From contig NW_018406762.1 of the NCBI RefSeq assembly GCF_002113885.1, forward strand, positions 1,328,834 to 1,392,833: 64,000 bases of DNA, read 5' to 3'. Positions 63,057 through 64,000 of this stretch are shown in pieces. Source of the DNA: Mizuhopecten yessoensis. Its lineage: Eukaryota. How positions within the stretch are numbered: the first letter of the stretch is position 1; the number at the start of each line of letters is the position of its first letter. The translations under genes and the position numbers were made by a program. The notes beneath the pieces are model-generated. The model searched no databases. It was not told the origin of the DNA and saw only the letters and a program-made list of their open reading frames with translations.

Positions 63057-64000
63057 CAGCAAAATACACATTAATTTTAAAGGAAAAGTTCGAATAGGGA
63101 CCATTTATTTGTATTGTAAAAGTAAAATGTCTCATCAAACAAAATAAAAGTACTCCATTTTAGGTATACTCACACAACTTAAACAAATGTAACTTTTACA
63201 AATAAGTATGCCATCACGTTTGATCAACTAACCGGTTATTCGGTCAAATTTTGTAATCAAACAATAAACAACGACAATACGTTATATGTTTAACAAGTGT
63301 TATATTTAAAACGTATTTACACCACATGCATTCATTTATGTATTAATTAGCATGATAGTTTACTCGCGTATTTAAGCTAAACCCAGGAAATAATTACATG
63401 TAATCTCAGTTAGTATATTTCATGGACAACAAATGTCGGAATACAGTAAGACGGGATTTAATTACAGTTGTTAGTACTCGAAATCATATGTGGTAATATC
63501 GTCCCTTAGAACAAAATTTGATCGACAAACGTTTTACTACATGCTTGCTCGTTCAAGTGTGTACTCTTCGTATTATATTTATGTCTCGCATGTAAAAGCG
63601 CGTTCTACATGTACCCTTTAAAGTTTATATTTCACAACTGTATATTCTGGCTTCCTTAAAAAAAAATAGGTATTACTATGGTGCTGGCGGGATATCTTTG
63701 TCAATCTTTACAATGGAGTACAAAAACAACTCTAACATGTCACCTTGAACACTGTTCTTTATACAAAACTATCCTTTTTGGTCGCAGCTATCGATAATCT
63801 GTAGGTCTAAGCCAGGGAAGCATGGAACTCCTTAAAGGGGTAAATACATATCCGACTGTTTGGTTAACCGGCTAACAGTTGACAACCCAAACTAAAAACA
63901 AAGTCATTTTCGTCCATATGTCCATCACGTCTGTCCGCTTGTCTGTAATGTCTGTTTTTTGAAAGATCGCCTTGATATGTGATCTAATACGACTTTGCTT

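Overview
AT-rich eukaryotic DNA, most likely a bivalve mollusc judging by the gene family and repeat types (inference). The window is a tandem array of about 12-14 kb duplicated units. Each unit carries an intronless, minus-strand, RING-less TRIM-like gene (B-box1, B-box2, coiled coil, C-terminal NHL-type beta-propeller). Six copies are visible. Copy 1 (1-264) runs off the window edge, copy 2 (4978-6002) is 5'-truncated, copies 3 (12762-14381) and 5 (40706-42295) are intact, copy 4 (25513-27131) has one frameshift, and copy 6 (53026-54652) has three lesions. There are also four copies of an older 3'-end remnant and an orphan upstream block that suggests a deleted seventh gene. The B-boxes are nearly invariant, whereas amino-acid differences cluster at repeating propeller loop positions, consistent with a diversifying recognition family undergoing birth-and-death evolution. 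Spacers contain a conserved E-box/ETS promoter module, a V-SINE, five short seed motifs each expanded into a minisatellite in a different unit, a possible degraded second gene, and unit-specific insertions (L2 LINE, Gypsy fragment with LTR, Kolobok-like and THAP-bearing elements, MITEs). No rRNA, tRNA gene, CRISPR array or prokaryotic system is supported.
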